Below are positions 10,582 to 20,775 of a stretch of DNA of 39,507 bases, piece by piece. The notes beneath the pieces were generated by a model, which ran no database searches, had not been told where the DNA came from, and saw nothing but the letters and a program-made list of their open reading frames with translations. How positions within the stretch are numbered: position 1 is the first letter of the stretch; each line of letters starts with the position of its first letter. A program made the position numbers and the translations under genes. The stretch is taken from positions 1 to 39,507 of IMG/VR virus record IMGVR_UViG_3300016371_000005; one strand, given 5' to 3'. Origin of the DNA: a virus (Duplodnaviria; Caudoviricetes).

Positions 10582-10608
10582 AAAAAGAAAGCCCACCCGG
10601 AGGCAGGC
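10582..10608 (-). terminator. Rho-independent terminator after major capsid gene
   Basis: GGCCUGCC-UCCG-GGUGGGCU followed by UUCUUUUU. Confidence 0.7.
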
Positions 10609-10630
10609 CCGCAGGGTTAATCACCCTAAA

Positions 10631-11884
10631 TTACGCTGGTAAAAGTACTACGCAGTTATAACCAGGAGCTCGGCAACTGATTTGGCCATAGCTGAAGCAA
10701 CGGATTTGTACAGCATCTGCAGCTGGGTCACGTAACATACGAAGACCGTCTGTATCAAATAGACGTACAGCTTCACCAAGTGTTTTAAGTTTCCAAGTAT
10801 CAAGCTGTAACAAGAATGCTTTACCAACTGGACAGTTTCTATCTGGAATTACTTTCATTGTACCACTTGGTCCAGTAAGTAATAATGAAGAGAAGCCAAC
10901 AGTTACGTCTGGTTCTTCAACCTTAGTTTCAGTGTATTGAATGAATTGTTGTTTAGAACCCATAGCTTTCACAAGATTACGGAAATCTTTGAAAGAAATG
11001 AAGCAATGGTCAGGGTTTCCACCTTCACGAGCAACGAGTCCTGCAGCATCTACTAAAGCTTCTTCAATAGATTGAGCAGAACCATCATAAGTAACACCAG
11101 CTAAACGACCATCAACAGAACGGTCTACACCAAAGAAAGGAGTATTTGTTACAGCTGTACCAGGAAGCCAAGCTTGGAATCCTTTCATTACATTGTTGAT
11201 ATCTCCAGCATTAGCATAAATGAAGTCACTAACAGCAGCAGTACCAACGAGGGAAGTAAGAGCAGCAGGAGATCCACCAGGAGTAGCAGAAACTTGGAAA
11301 GTGCCTGCAGAACGGTAGATATTAGAAATGTAAGCAGTACCAACTTTAGCAGCTCCACCATCAGTAGCGCTGAATGCAACAGCCATACCGAGTTCTAAGT
11401 TCACAATATCTTCAGCATTAGAAAGAGCAATAGGAGTACCGGCAGCATTGATAGTTGCACCGGCAGCAATACGAGCTACTGAACCTGTACCATTACGATA
11501 CATTTGAGTTGCAATAGAGCGTGTAAGAGCTAAAAGAGCATTATCAATTTCAAACTTAGCTGCTTTAATGAAAGCACCACGATCAGATTCAGAAGCTAAG
11601 ATTGTTTCATTAGCAATTGAAGCCATAGAATAGTTACTAACGCGAGTAAGTAAGAATGCTTTGATGATAGAAGTAGTGTTGAATACATTTGCATTAGCGA
11701 ATGCTGCAGAGCGGTTTTGAGGAGTACCAACGGTGATCGGTTCTTTTGAACTTTCACCACCAAATGTTTCATCTTTAGGAATGAGGGCATATGCTGGGTT
11801 ATTCATATAAACAAGATTTTTAATTGCTTCGGAAGGGTAGAGCTGTTTAAGTGCAGCTTCGAACGAGACTTGATCTAGAGCCAT
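10631..11884 (-). CDS. Major capsid protein
   Basis: 417 aa after portal and scaffold; FFGVDRS and VIPDRNCP...LLQLDTW motifs; strong codon bias; own terminator. Confidence 0.85.
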   Translation of the reverse strand: MALDQVSFEAALKQLYPSEAIKNLVYMNNPAYALIPKDETFGGESSKEPITVGTPQNRSAAFANANVFNTTSIIKAFLLTRVSNYSMASIANETILASESDRGAFIKAAKFEIDNALLALTRSIATQMYRNGTGSVARIAAGATINAAGTPIALSNAEDIVNLELGMAVAFSATDGGAAKVGTAYISNIYRSAGTFQVSATPGGSPAALTSLVGTAAVSDFIYANAGDINNVMKGFQAWLPGTAVTNTPFFGVDRSVDGRLAGVTYDGSAQSIEEALVDAAGLVAREGGNPDHCFISFKDFRNLVKAMGSKQQFIQYTETKVEEPDVTVGFSSLLLTGPSGTMKVIPDRNCPVGKAFLLQLDTWKLKTLGEAVRLFDTDGLRMLRDPAADAVQIRCFSYGQISCRAPGYNCVVLLPA

Positions 11885-12060
11885 GTGACTATAATCCTTA
11901 GAGTGAGAAAGTAACGTTTAAACCATTTTTCGTTACTTACTTTGTTGTTAAGTAATGTTTTCCCGTTTTACCGTTCAATATCACTTCTCTTGGGATTATA
12001 GTGATAGTTTGCTAACCCATCCTTCTGGTTTACCTCTTAGCAAACTTCACACTCAAGACT
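11885..12060 (-). promoter_or_regulatory. Structured 5' leader of capsid mRNA
   Basis: Perfect inverted repeats 11888-11897/11993-12002, 11909-11916/11931-11938 and 12006-12015/12037-12046. Confidence 0.65.
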
Positions 12061-12066
12061 ATCGCC

Positions 12067-12858
12067 TTATTTACTCTTAACTGCATTCATAGCTGCAATA
12101 GCTGCTTTGATTCTATCTTTTTCTGTTAATGGTTTGGAATCATTATGTACGGTTGATTGAGACATTTTATTAGATAAAACAGCCGGTTTTTTCGGAATGT
12201 AGTCCGCCTGCGGCACTTTTGATACTTCTTCTGCTGCCTGTTGAACATTTAACCATTTTGAGCCTTTAAGAGCATTGAACTTAAGCGCAATAGAGTTATT
12301 GATAGCCTCGCAAGCATCTTTAATATCAGGAATCTCACCCGTTTGTTGATACATTTCTTCCATAAAATCTCTAACAGCATTTTGTTCTCCTAGTTTCTCA
12401 ATTAGGTCAAATTCATTAGAGCGAATGACAGTATCAATATCACTCATAAGTTTAACTTCAGCACGAGAGTGACGAGCTTTTTCAGCTTCTTTTTCTTTAG
12501 ATTCAAGCTCTAATCGTAGCTGTTCGACTGTTTCGAGAGCTTTTTTGGCTACTGGATCCATAGGAGTTGTACGACGGTTCTTATCAGCTTCAACCAACTG
12601 TTCATAACTGACACCGAAATGTTCTAGAATCTCAAAAGGATCTTTACCTTTTAAACCTCTGTATCTTTCAACATCATGTTTATCAGTTTCAAAAGTCTTC
12701 TTAGCTTCATCTATCCGTTTACGTTCTTCAGCTAGGAACTTTTCTTGTTTATTAACTCTTGCAAACTGATCTGCAAAGGTTTTAGCTTCCTCCTGGACCT
12801 GCGGTTCCGCCTGGGAGGGCTGGGACTGGTTGTTGGATGACTGTTGGTTGGTTTCCAT
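12067..12858 (-). CDS. Putative capsid scaffolding protein
   Basis: Charged coiled-coil protein between portal and capsid, with a C-terminal ERIKAAI-like helix. Confidence 0.7.
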   Translation of the reverse strand: METNQQSSNNQSQPSQAEPQVQEEAKTFADQFARVNKQEKFLAEERKRIDEAKKTFETDKHDVERYRGLKGKDPFEILEHFGVSYEQLVEADKNRRTTPMDPVAKKALETVEQLRLELESKEKEAEKARHSRAEVKLMSDIDTVIRSNEFDLIEKLGEQNAVRDFMEEMYQQTGEIPDIKDACEAINNSIALKFNALKGSKWLNVQQAAEEVSKVPQADYIPKKPAVLSNKMSQSTVHNDSKPLTEKDRIKAAIAAMNAVKSK

Positions 12859-14680
12859 TGCTATTTACTCCTGGCGATGGCTGCGCATTGGCAGATGGTT
12901 GTGGTGCCGTAGCTGGCGCTACAGGTTGTTGGGCCTTCAGTGACTTAACGTCATTTATGAAGCGTCTTAGAAGAGCCAAATTCTTGTCTGACTCATTATT
13001 GAGTTGCCCCCAGCTATAATGCTGAAGAGCCGTACCTAAAGCATAGTCTAGGTCATGATAGGGTTCTGGATTCCAATATTTGCCGCCATCAAGCATCTCT
13101 TCAATCTTCTTATCAATAAGTTTTCTAGGAGCTGCTTGCATAGATGTAAATGCATCAAGATCTGGCATCTTAAACAGTTCTGGAACTTGAGAAGGCTGTA
13201 CCACCCCAAGCTGTAACATTTGAGATACAGAATCTATCAGATCTGGAATAGAGTCTGGCATAGAAGAAACCGGAAAGATTTTAAGTACATATGATGTGTC
13301 TGTCTTAGGAATCTTTTTAGTTGTAATCTCTTTCAAACCAATATACCTATCAAGTGCAGAAAGTTTGATATTCTCACCTTGAAGTTCCTTAAGAAGAATA
13401 TTAGCTAATTCTACATGAGACTGTTCATAATTATGCTGTAACAACTGCCATCTTTCAGATTTAATATCTGTCATAGTCTTAAGAGCTTCACCTGATTGAT
13501 TGCCTGAACCTGTCTTTTGTTGGCCTTGAGTATCCATAGGAGTTAAACCAACTCTTGCATAGCCTTGCTCTATAAGAAACTGTAACTGTTGAGCAAGTTC
13601 TGGAGGCATAGCAGCACCATTGTGGATGATAGGAGCTACGCCTTGTTTACCATCATATTCAACCATAATACCGACTTTATTAGTCATATGATTCTTATTG
13701 ACTTGTGCATTTGTATCTACAAATACTCTTGGCACACTTACAAGCTTCATAATAGCTTGCATAGTCATGAGTATTCTGTCTATTTCACGCTGAATAGGTT
13801 CTAAATCATCACAAACAGATTGTCCCATCCAACCAATAGCAGGCTCATTGTAATCTACTTTGAGAATAGGAAAGTAATCTTTATCCCAATCCTCATCAAC
13901 TAAATCGCAGGTTTCAATAGAGATTGTGTGACGCCCGTTGGGCATATAACTATTCTTACACCAGGTTTCTGCTACTGCGATACATGGAGTATAGTTTCGA
14001 GTATTATACTGTCTGACTTCTTGAATCTTACATTCTTCGATCTTATTTTTGAATTCTGGGTATTTCTTAAGCATGATATGGCGTGGGATGCTTTTACGAT
14101 GTATCATCTTGTAAGGTTTATTATAATAGCCATCTGCTGGATCTATGATAATCTCATCAGCGTAGACTCTATCAATTCGAATCTCGCCTTCTTCTTTTAT
14201 TACTTTTAAGAAACCGACTCTATTGATCATTGCATCGCGATATGCTAGATTAATAAGATGCGTGATATCAAATTTATGGAAGATGCCTTTTAGGATGAAG
14301 TTTAAATCTTCAGCCAATTGGCGGCCTTTGGCATTGCCTTTATTGGTTACGGCTTGTGGAACTGCTTCAATACTAGCAAGTTTAGCTGAAAGAGTATCAA
14401 TCACTGCAGCAGTAAGATTAAAGTTTACTTTCATCATATTAGGTGATACGCTGAGTTGGGTGTTGTTATCAATATCACTCATGTATCCGCTAGCATTCAT
14501 AGTAGCAATGCTTCGTCCAGTATACTGCCTAATGCCTTTTAAAGCTGATGATGAAAGAGTTGTAGAGTAGTTTCTGTCAAAGTCTGCTACTTGAGCAAAG
14601 ATTGCTTTATAAGCTTCTTTATATGGACTGTCTACCCAATCAGGATATTCAGATTTAAGATTCTGATCAAAGTTAGTCAT
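12782..14680 (-). CDS. Portal protein
   Basis: 632 aa downstream of terminase; NLTAAVIDTLSAKL, GWMGQSVCDDLEPIQREID and SGEAL motifs. Confidence 0.85.
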   Translation of the reverse strand: MTNFDQNLKSEYPDWVDSPYKEAYKAIFAQVADFDRNYSTTLSSSALKGIRQYTGRSIATMNASGYMSDIDNNTQLSVSPNMMKVNFNLTAAVIDTLSAKLASIEAVPQAVTNKGNAKGRQLAEDLNFILKGIFHKFDITHLINLAYRDAMINRVGFLKVIKEEGEIRIDRVYADEIIIDPADGYYNKPYKMIHRKSIPRHIMLKKYPEFKNKIEECKIQEVRQYNTRNYTPCIAVAETWCKNSYMPNGRHTISIETCDLVDEDWDKDYFPILKVDYNEPAIGWMGQSVCDDLEPIQREIDRILMTMQAIMKLVSVPRVFVDTNAQVNKNHMTNKVGIMVEYDGKQGVAPIIHNGAAMPPELAQQLQFLIEQGYARVGLTPMDTQGQQKTGSGNQSGEALKTMTDIKSERWQLLQHNYEQSHVELANILLKELQGENIKLSALDRYIGLKEITTKKIPKTDTSYVLKIFPVSSMPDSIPDLIDSVSQMLQLGVVQPSQVPELFKMPDLDAFTSMQAAPRKLIDKKIEEMLDGGKYWNPEPYHDLDYALGTALQHYSWGQLNNESDKNLALLRRFINDVKSLKAQQPVAPATAPQPSANAQPSPGVNSNGNQPTVIQQPVPALPGGTAGPGGS

Positions 14681-14915
14681 TTGGTGTATCCATACTGTAA
14701 ATAGGTTGTTTGAAACCTTTTTCAGCCCAATGTTGTTTACGAAGTTTCAAAAAAGCAATATGTTTATTGAGTTCTTCTATCTTTGTAAAGGGAATAAAGA
14801 TTCTACCGCCTTCTAAGAAACTAACTTGAGGAACATCTCTATAAGCCATTCCTCGTTCAGTATCAAATCCGTAACCATCTTTTGCTGCGTCGTCCCAAGA
14901 TTTATAAGTCATCAT
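14673..14915 (-). CDS. Hypothetical protein
   Basis: GGAG RBS; sits between terminase and portal. Confidence 0.6.
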   Translation of the reverse strand: MMTYKSWDDAAKDGYGFDTERGMAYRDVPQVSFLEGGRIFIPFTKIEELNKHIAFLKLRKQHWAEKGFKQPIYSMDTPND

Positions 14916-14922
14916 TGCTCCA

Positions 14923-16332
14923 TTAGTCTAAAAAGTGTTGAAGATCATTAAAGAAGTCATCGCCTCGTTTAGCTGATGCTTGTTGCTCATCATAAATGAT
15001 TTGTGCTTGTATCATTTCCATTCCAATCTGTTCTTGAGTTTTTGGAATATAACGAGCTGGAATCTTTTCAGTATATGCGAGTGCTTCTCTGTAAGCATAG
15101 AGTGTGGCATCAAAATGGTCACATTTCATTCCTTCACGTTCACGAGTACGGTCTTCATTCCATACTAATTTTGATACTTCCTTTTGTAACTCTTTAGTTT
15201 GAGTTGGATGAAACACAAGAGCCTGATTTACTAAAGCATCATTCATAATCTCAATATAGTGTGCTTTGTCTTTCTTAACTGCAGACTCCATAAACACTTT
15301 ATGCTTAAATAGAAACTCATCCATTAGAATCTTAGAAGCTCCTGCTGGATCTCCTACAATCTTCACAGGTTTGTATTTCTCTTTAAGCTCATTTAACACG
15401 TTACCGATGTATGTAACCATTCCGAGCCCTGACTTAGAAGCTTGTAACCCTGTAACTCCAAAGGTTTCAATTACATAAGCTTTAGGATTATTACGTTCCC
15501 AACCAATCACAGAGAAAGCTGTTTCATCATTGAATCCAAAGTCTACACCTATAACACTTCTCCATAATTCTAGATTATAATGGGAAGGAAGATTAGTCAA
15601 TGTTGGGACTCTCACTAGTAATTCATCATCATCAGCTGCCCATTGACCATCATACTCTCTAAGTAGTTTAGGGTTCTGACGCTCACATTGCTTGCGTTTC
15701 ATATAAAGTTCTACATCTGATTGGGCTTGAGTAACCATGTATGGGTTGTCAAATACTGTCCAATTGACTAATCCCCAACCAGATTCTACACCCATTGTAA
15801 TATCATAAAAGAGTCCGCTACAATGTGCAGCAGGAGTTCCAATCAACATTAATCTACCTTGTAAGTCAGAAAGTCGTTGAATCATAATTTCATCTATGAG
15901 ATAATTAAGTATCTTTTGGTTGAAAGATGCACACTCATCAATAATACAGAACTTAAGCTTAAGTCCTCTAAATGTTTCAACCTTATGAATATGATTAGCT
16001 CCAAGCACAATGAGTCTACTGCCATTTGAAAACTGAATATCATCTGAAGTAATCTTAGCTTTAATATTGTATTTAGATAATAATGGCCTAACAATTGGCA
16101 TAAAGATATTAACAACAGATTTGTCTGTCAGTGCCAAATACACTCCTAAACAATTAGGATTACTAATAAGTTCTTGAATAGCTATAACCGCACAAGCTGT
16201 TGTCTTTCCTGCACGTGAGCCAGTAAGACTCGCAGTAAACCTATTAGGATTAAGAGCCAACTCCAATTGTTTCGGGAAAAGCTCTTGATATAATGGAGCA
16301 ATCTTATAAAGCTGTTCAAGTTCTTTGATCAT
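14923..16332 (-). CDS. terL: Terminase large subunit
   Basis: Walker A GSRAGKT, Walker B CIIDE, motif C LIGTP, RuvC-like nuclease motifs GVDFG and DHFDA. Confidence 0.93.
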   Translation of the reverse strand: MIKELEQLYKIAPLYQELFPKQLELALNPNRFTASLTGSRAGKTTACAVIAIQELISNPNCLGVYLALTDKSVVNIFMPIVRPLLSKYNIKAKITSDDIQFSNGSRLIVLGANHIHKVETFRGLKLKFCIIDECASFNQKILNYLIDEIMIQRLSDLQGRLMLIGTPAAHCSGLFYDITMGVESGWGLVNWTVFDNPYMVTQAQSDVELYMKRKQCERQNPKLLREYDGQWAADDDELLVRVPTLTNLPSHYNLELWRSVIGVDFGFNDETAFSVIGWERNNPKAYVIETFGVTGLQASKSGLGMVTYIGNVLNELKEKYKPVKIVGDPAGASKILMDEFLFKHKVFMESAVKKDKAHYIEIMNDALVNQALVFHPTQTKELQKEVSKLVWNEDRTREREGMKCDHFDATLYAYREALAYTEKIPARYIPKTQEQIGMEMIQAQIIYDEQQASAKRGDDFFNDLQHFLD

Positions 16333-16523
16333 ATCCCAAGTCTTTTATAAGCTTTCTTAATGTAATAAGTCTTTATAAATTTAGGAACAAAGTGTAATGC
16401 AAAAGTTTTAAAAGAATTAAAAGCTATATATTTGATAAATTTTCTATAATATAGAATTAAAAGAAATGATTTCCCTCGTTTATCTAATTTACATCCAATA
16501 TGTTGGTTTAATTTTATATTCAT
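16329..16523 (-). CDS. Hypothetical basic protein
   Basis: Coupled to terL by an ATGA overlap. Confidence 0.45.
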   Translation of the reverse strand: MNIKLNQHIGCKLDKRGKSFLLILYYRKFIKYIAFNSFKTFALHFVPKFIKTYYIKKAYKRLGI

Positions 16524-16531
16524 TCTTTAAC

Positions 16532-16834
16532 CTATAGGTTTATAATACCCTGAACATCCTCAAGTGTAAGAGTCTTGCGCCTACGGGTCTTTGGTGTTAC
16601 AGTTTCTTTGGATTCAGTTTGCCCACTCCTTACTGGATTCGGAATGCTTACAAATGGAATAGGATTTTCCTCTGTAAGCACTTCCCTTATTGAACTTACC
16701 GGCACCAAAGTCCCATCAATCTGAAACATCTGAAACTCATTATTAAAACTTAACTCATGATCTTTATTATCAAAAGTATGTTTATGCCCAAGACTCATTA
16801 AAGCAAAGTTTGTATGTATCCGTTTAATTTTCAT
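16532..16834 (-). CDS. Hypothetical protein
   Basis: Coupled ORF. Confidence 0.6.
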   Translation of the reverse strand: MKIKRIHTNFALMSLGHKHTFDNKDHELSFNNEFQMFQIDGTLVPVSSIREVLTEENPIPFVSIPNPVRSGQTESKETVTPKTRRRKTLTLEDVQGIINL

Positions 16835-17307
16835 CCTTCGATCTCCTCTATAAGTTTTTCAACCAATTTATTAACGATTTCTACTCGATTCTCTCTTGCA
16901 AGCTTAAGCATCTCTTTAGTAGGCCAATTGACTGTAATAACTTGACTATCATCCGTAACAAGTGGCAATAACAAATACTTCTGAATCCCTAACTGCCTAT
17001 AAGTATATTTAGTATATTGAAACAACACATGATTATCTTTAGGACTTGCTACAATATATCCTATTATTCTATTGCTATCTTCTTTTTCACATGCTATAAA
17101 TACACTATAAGTATCAACCTTATTCAATGCGAATATGGCTAAAGTCTCTAAATGATTATAGATTCTTTGCTTATTCATTCCTTTAAATATTGATTCTGTG
17201 TATTTTCCGAGGCATCTCATGATTGAGTCGAGGATGAAGTGAACATCTGACTTTTCGATAGGTCTAATAGAAATAAGATCCATAATGCTATTTGCATATT
17301 GTTTCAT
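16831..17307 (-). CDS. GNAT-like acetyltransferase
   Basis: SIRPIEKSD...IIGYI...YTKYTYRQLGIQKYLL. Confidence 0.6.
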   Translation of the reverse strand: MKQYANSIMDLISIRPIEKSDVHFILDSIMRCLGKYTESIFKGMNKQRIYNHLETLAIFALNKVDTYSVFIACEKEDSNRIIGYIVASPKDNHVLFQYTKYTYRQLGIQKYLLLPLVTDDSQVITVNWPTKEMLKLARENRVEIVNKLVEKLIEEIEG

Positions 17308-17350
17308 AGCTTGTCAACTCCTAAGCTTTTCCAATCTAGCTTTCCCAACA

Positions 17351-17710
17351 CTAACCTCCCTTTAATTTATCAGTAAGAGCCTGATATAATGAAGATTTTA
17401 CAGACTGCAATACCTCACCATTCAAAGTACCTTCAGGTTTTGTCGGTGCTATACTCTCTAACTTAGTGATCTCAGCCAACTCCTTAAGAGCTTTGATTTC
17501 TGCTGGCTCAAGCGGCGCACCTCTAGATAGCTTCTCAATATATTTTTCTGCTTGCATTCGGGCAGCTATTAGAATTGTATTCAATACATCCCCAGAACTG
17601 ACCTTCCCCTTAAGGACAGCTTTGCGGAAAACTATCTTTGTGCGGCCGGACACATCTGTACTAATCTCAAGAGAGTTATTGTTAGAGCCTTGTAATTGTT
17701 CATCATTCAT
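17351..17710 (-). CDS. Hypothetical protein (possible small terminase)
   Basis: 119-aa helical protein upstream of terL; function inferred from position only. Confidence 0.4.
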   Translation of the reverse strand: MNDEQLQGSNNNSLEISTDVSGRTKIVFRKAVLKGKVSSGDVLNTILIAARMQAEKYIEKLSRGAPLEPAEIKALKELAEITKLESIAPTKPEGTLNGEVLQSVKSSLYQALTDKLKGG

Positions 17711-18243
17711 TTTGAATCTTCTCTATCCAAATCATTTACAAATTTAAGCATATGTTTAAAGTTTCTAAGTAAATACATTTCAATTGCTGAATCTTTTATT
17801 GTAGGATCTACTTGTTGAATAGCTTTACTTCTATTACCACATTGAGCATAAACATATAAAATCTCTCTATACTTTTCGAATTTAATATTGGTTGGAGAAT
17901 GCTCTGCAAATAGTCCTAATATTCTAAAATATTCATAAGTTTCAGAAGCTTTTAATTCAAAACCTTTCCAGAATAGTGTCTCATCAAATTCTTTATCTTT
18001 AGTTTCTGTAATATCTACTTTTTTAGTTGAAGGAACTAGATATCTTAGATTATTATATGAAGATTTACGAATATGACCTTTAATAAACTTAATAGTTTTT
18101 AATTTATTATTAGGTTTATTATCCCATTTCTCTATGTCTGAAAATCCTGATTGTTTAAGCTTCAATCTCCAAGTATGTTCTAGATCTATTAACTCTTTTC
18201 TGGTATAATTTCCTACAGGCTTTGCATCATTAAATGAAGTCAT
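17707..18243 (-). CDS. Hypothetical protein
   Basis: Likely start MTSFND at 18243, overlapping the end of the ClpP-like gene. Confidence 0.6.
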   Translation of the reverse strand: MTSFNDAKPVGNYTRKELIDLEHTWRLKLKQSGFSDIEKWDNKPNNKLKTIKFIKGHIRKSSYNNLRYLVPSTKKVDITETKDKEFDETLFWKGFELKASETYEYFRILGLFAEHSPTNIKFEKYREILYVYAQCGNRSKAIQQVDPTIKDSAIEMYLLRNFKHMLKFVNDLDREDSK

Positions 18244-18808
18244 GCAAAACCCCAAACTCAACGGCAGCTTCACTATCAAAATAATAATCTTGATTTTTAC
18301 CAACACTTGACCAGAAACTATAAGCTTTATTAGTTCTAGAAGCTATAAATTTATTAATTCTATTTGCTAAGGATTTTGTATGAGAGAGCTCTGCAGCATG
18401 AATCGTTATATTCTCAAAGTTTGTCGCATATGCTGGAGGATGATGCATGAAGGTGGTATTCCTCCCACTCGTCCGTTTCTCTCCAGCGAGAAATATCGGA
18501 AGCGCTGCAGATGCTATAAGTCCCATAGCCTGAGTGTTTACTACGCAAGAACTATTCAAGATCCTATCCACGAACGCAAAACCATCGTATATACTACCGC
18601 CAGGACTGTTAATGATTACTAAAACCGGATCACTATGAAGATTCTCTAGCAATCTCAACTGTTTGTCAAACTTTACATATGATTTTAAAGATATTCCACC
18701 ATTGATCAATAATGTTCGATTGTCTATATCTATTTCATCTTTCAATACAAACTTTGATTTAACATCTAACCATAAAGCTACATTTTCTTGATTTTCTTCT
18801 GTTGTCAT
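18230..18808 (-). CDS. ClpP-like (S14) serine protease
   Basis: INSPGGS, GLIASAA (Ser), FMHH (His), DYYF (Asp). Start at MTTEE with GGAG RBS. Confidence 0.85.
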   Translation of the reverse strand: MTTEENQENVALWLDVKSKFVLKDEIDIDNRTLLINGGISLKSYVKFDKQLRLLENLHSDPVLVIINSPGGSIYDGFAFVDRILNSSCVVNTQAMGLIASAALPIFLAGEKRTSGRNTTFMHHPPAYATNFENITIHAAELSHTKSLANRINKFIASRTNKAYSFWSSVGKNQDYYFDSEAAVEFGVLHDFI

Positions 18809-18841
18809 GCGTCTTCTTCTCCACAAACGTACCGCTCTTAT

Positions 18842-18870
18842 ACCATACCATTTACTAGCTAACCAGTCAA
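18842..18870 (-). promoter_or_regulatory. sigma70-type promoter, leftward
   Basis: TTGACT-17-TATGGT with TG extension. Confidence 0.55.
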
Positions 18871-19088
18871 GAGTATGGTTATATAAAGTCAAAGTTTTGA
18901 CAACTTATTAGATTTTAAAACTGATCAGCTCTATATTCAGTTTAAGATTTCTCACTCGACCCCTCGATAAAAAAGATTTTTGACCTTGTCGCACACAAGT
19001 GTGATAAGATCTAAAAAAGAATATAGGCAGTACTAGGCTGTTAATAGTAATATCAAGGGGTTACAGAGTTCGACTGATTTTCTAAGTA

Positions 19089-19117
19089 TTGACTTGGTAA
19101 TCACTATCAGCGATACT
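19089..19117 (+). promoter_or_regulatory. sigma70-type promoter for helicase gene
   Basis: TTGACT-17-GATACT. Confidence 0.55.
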
Positions 19118-19185
19118 AAACTTTAGGGTAGCAAGGAGGTTCCCTAAAGATATTTTAACTTCTTTATGAGGATTGTGGTACGTTT

Positions 19186-20718
19186 ATGGAAAATAGTAAA
19201 AGATTTGAAAATTTACGTTATACTTTTAAATCTGATGGGCGGGCTTTAAAAGACAGTAATGGTAGAGTTAGAAATACAGATCAGTTTAGTAAAGCTTGTT
19301 TTCAAGCTAAAATAATGATTGATCCTTTTATAGTTGCTGAAGAATATCGAGCATGTGTAAAGGAACTATTTGAACCAGAAGAAGAAAAGACGACTGAAGA
19401 AGCTATTTTAGAATTTCTTGATCCTACAGTTGTATTTGAAAATTTTGAACTTCTTTTAGATGGAAAAGGCCATCCAATTGTCAAATATACTTCACCAGAT
19501 ACTGGTAGGAAACACATATTGGGTACTACAAAAGATGTAGATCATCGAGCTTTATATAAAGAACTTGTAAGTTTTGGTATTACAACTCTTGATAAATGGA
19601 AATTAATTTTAAAACCATTAATTAAACAACTTCGTATTCCTGTCTTAACAGGTGAAGTAGCAGTTGAGACTATCTGGTCAAGACTATACAGCGGTCTCGA
19701 ATTGTTACCTCGAAAGTACGTTGACCCAAATGCGATGCCTGTAGCCCTTGAAGGCAAAGGAAACCATCGGGCTGACCACATTATACCTTTCCATCGAAAA
19801 GATTCAACCTTAGGCGAATTACACCCCTTCCTGAGGGGGTTCTTGGAACGTACTGAGGATCACAAATACCTCTGTGCGATTATCGCTTCAAGACTCCTCG
19901 GATTCCGTCATGCATACATCCCGTACCTTATCGGTGCTGGAGGAGACGGTAAATCTACCTTCATCAGTTTCCTTGACAAGGTTGTTGATGGTTACACTGC
20001 AACCCTTGACGTGAATGATGCAACCTATGGCCTCTACAATTGCATTGATAAGATTTTCTTATTTGTTAATGATACTTCGAACAAACGAATCTTCTACTAT
20101 GAAACCATTAAAAACATATCCGGAAATGACTTTACTCGCGTTAATGGTAAGTATCAACATGCAAGAGATGTGAAGCTTCCCGGAATGATCTTGATCAGTT
20201 CAAACCAAATGCCGATACTCACTAAAGCTGAATGGCTCAAGCGTCGTGCAAGAATCTTTAAAATTAGTCCTATGCCTGAAGAGATGAAAGAAAATCTTGT
20301 AGACGTTGGTACAGCTGTTGCTTCTATGGCTACAACAACCAATGAATTTTTAAATTATTGTATTCAATGTTTAGAAGAAGTTGGAAGTATCCATACAGGA
20401 GAAGTTAAACAACCCCCAACTCATAAAAAGATTATTGATAATGGAGAAACTCCTGAAGAAGATGAATACGAAGATTTCTTCCAAGATCTTGGGGTAGATT
20501 TAAATCCAGAATATACCATAACTGAATATTCTTTCAGAAAGAAAATCAGAACCAAATGCCAAGAACAACATAAATCTGAGTATTTTATGCAGAATTTTCT
20601 CGCATATTTACGCGAAAAGAAAGGAGTAACTCGTGGTGCTGGATACTATAAAGGAGTTGGAACCCCTATCCCAAAAATAGACGGGCATACTAAATTTATT
20701 GGTAAAAATGCTTCTTAG
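19186..20718 (+). CDS. SF3 (D5-like) helicase/ATPase replication protein
   Basis: Walker A GAGGDGKST, Walker B FLFVND, IKNISGND..VNGKY, motif C ILISSN. Confidence 0.85.
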   Translation: MENSKRFENLRYTFKSDGRALKDSNGRVRNTDQFSKACFQAKIMIDPFIVAEEYRACVKELFEPEEEKTTEEAILEFLDPTVVFENFELLLDGKGHPIVKYTSPDTGRKHILGTTKDVDHRALYKELVSFGITTLDKWKLILKPLIKQLRIPVLTGEVAVETIWSRLYSGLELLPRKYVDPNAMPVALEGKGNHRADHIIPFHRKDSTLGELHPFLRGFLERTEDHKYLCAIIASRLLGFRHAYIPYLIGAGGDGKSTFISFLDKVVDGYTATLDVNDATYGLYNCIDKIFLFVNDTSNKRIFYYETIKNISGNDFTRVNGKYQHARDVKLPGMILISSNQMPILTKAEWLKRRARIFKISPMPEEMKENLVDVGTAVASMATTTNEFLNYCIQCLEEVGSIHTGEVKQPPTHKKIIDNGETPEEDEYEDFFQDLGVDLNPEYTITEYSFRKKIRTKCQEQHKSEYFMQNFLAYLREKKGVTRGAGYYKGVGTPIPKIDGHTKFIGKNAS

Positions 20719-20740
20719 TGCACTATAACCGAAAAAAAGC

Positions 20741-20769
20741 TTGATTTCTGTTTTCAACTATGAGAAACT
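20741..20769 (+). promoter_or_regulatory. sigma70-type early promoter upstream of ribozyme cassette
   Basis: A-tract, then TTGATT-17-(TGn)GAAACT; predicted start near 20775-20776. Confidence 0.55.
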
Positions 20770-20775
20770 ATGAAA

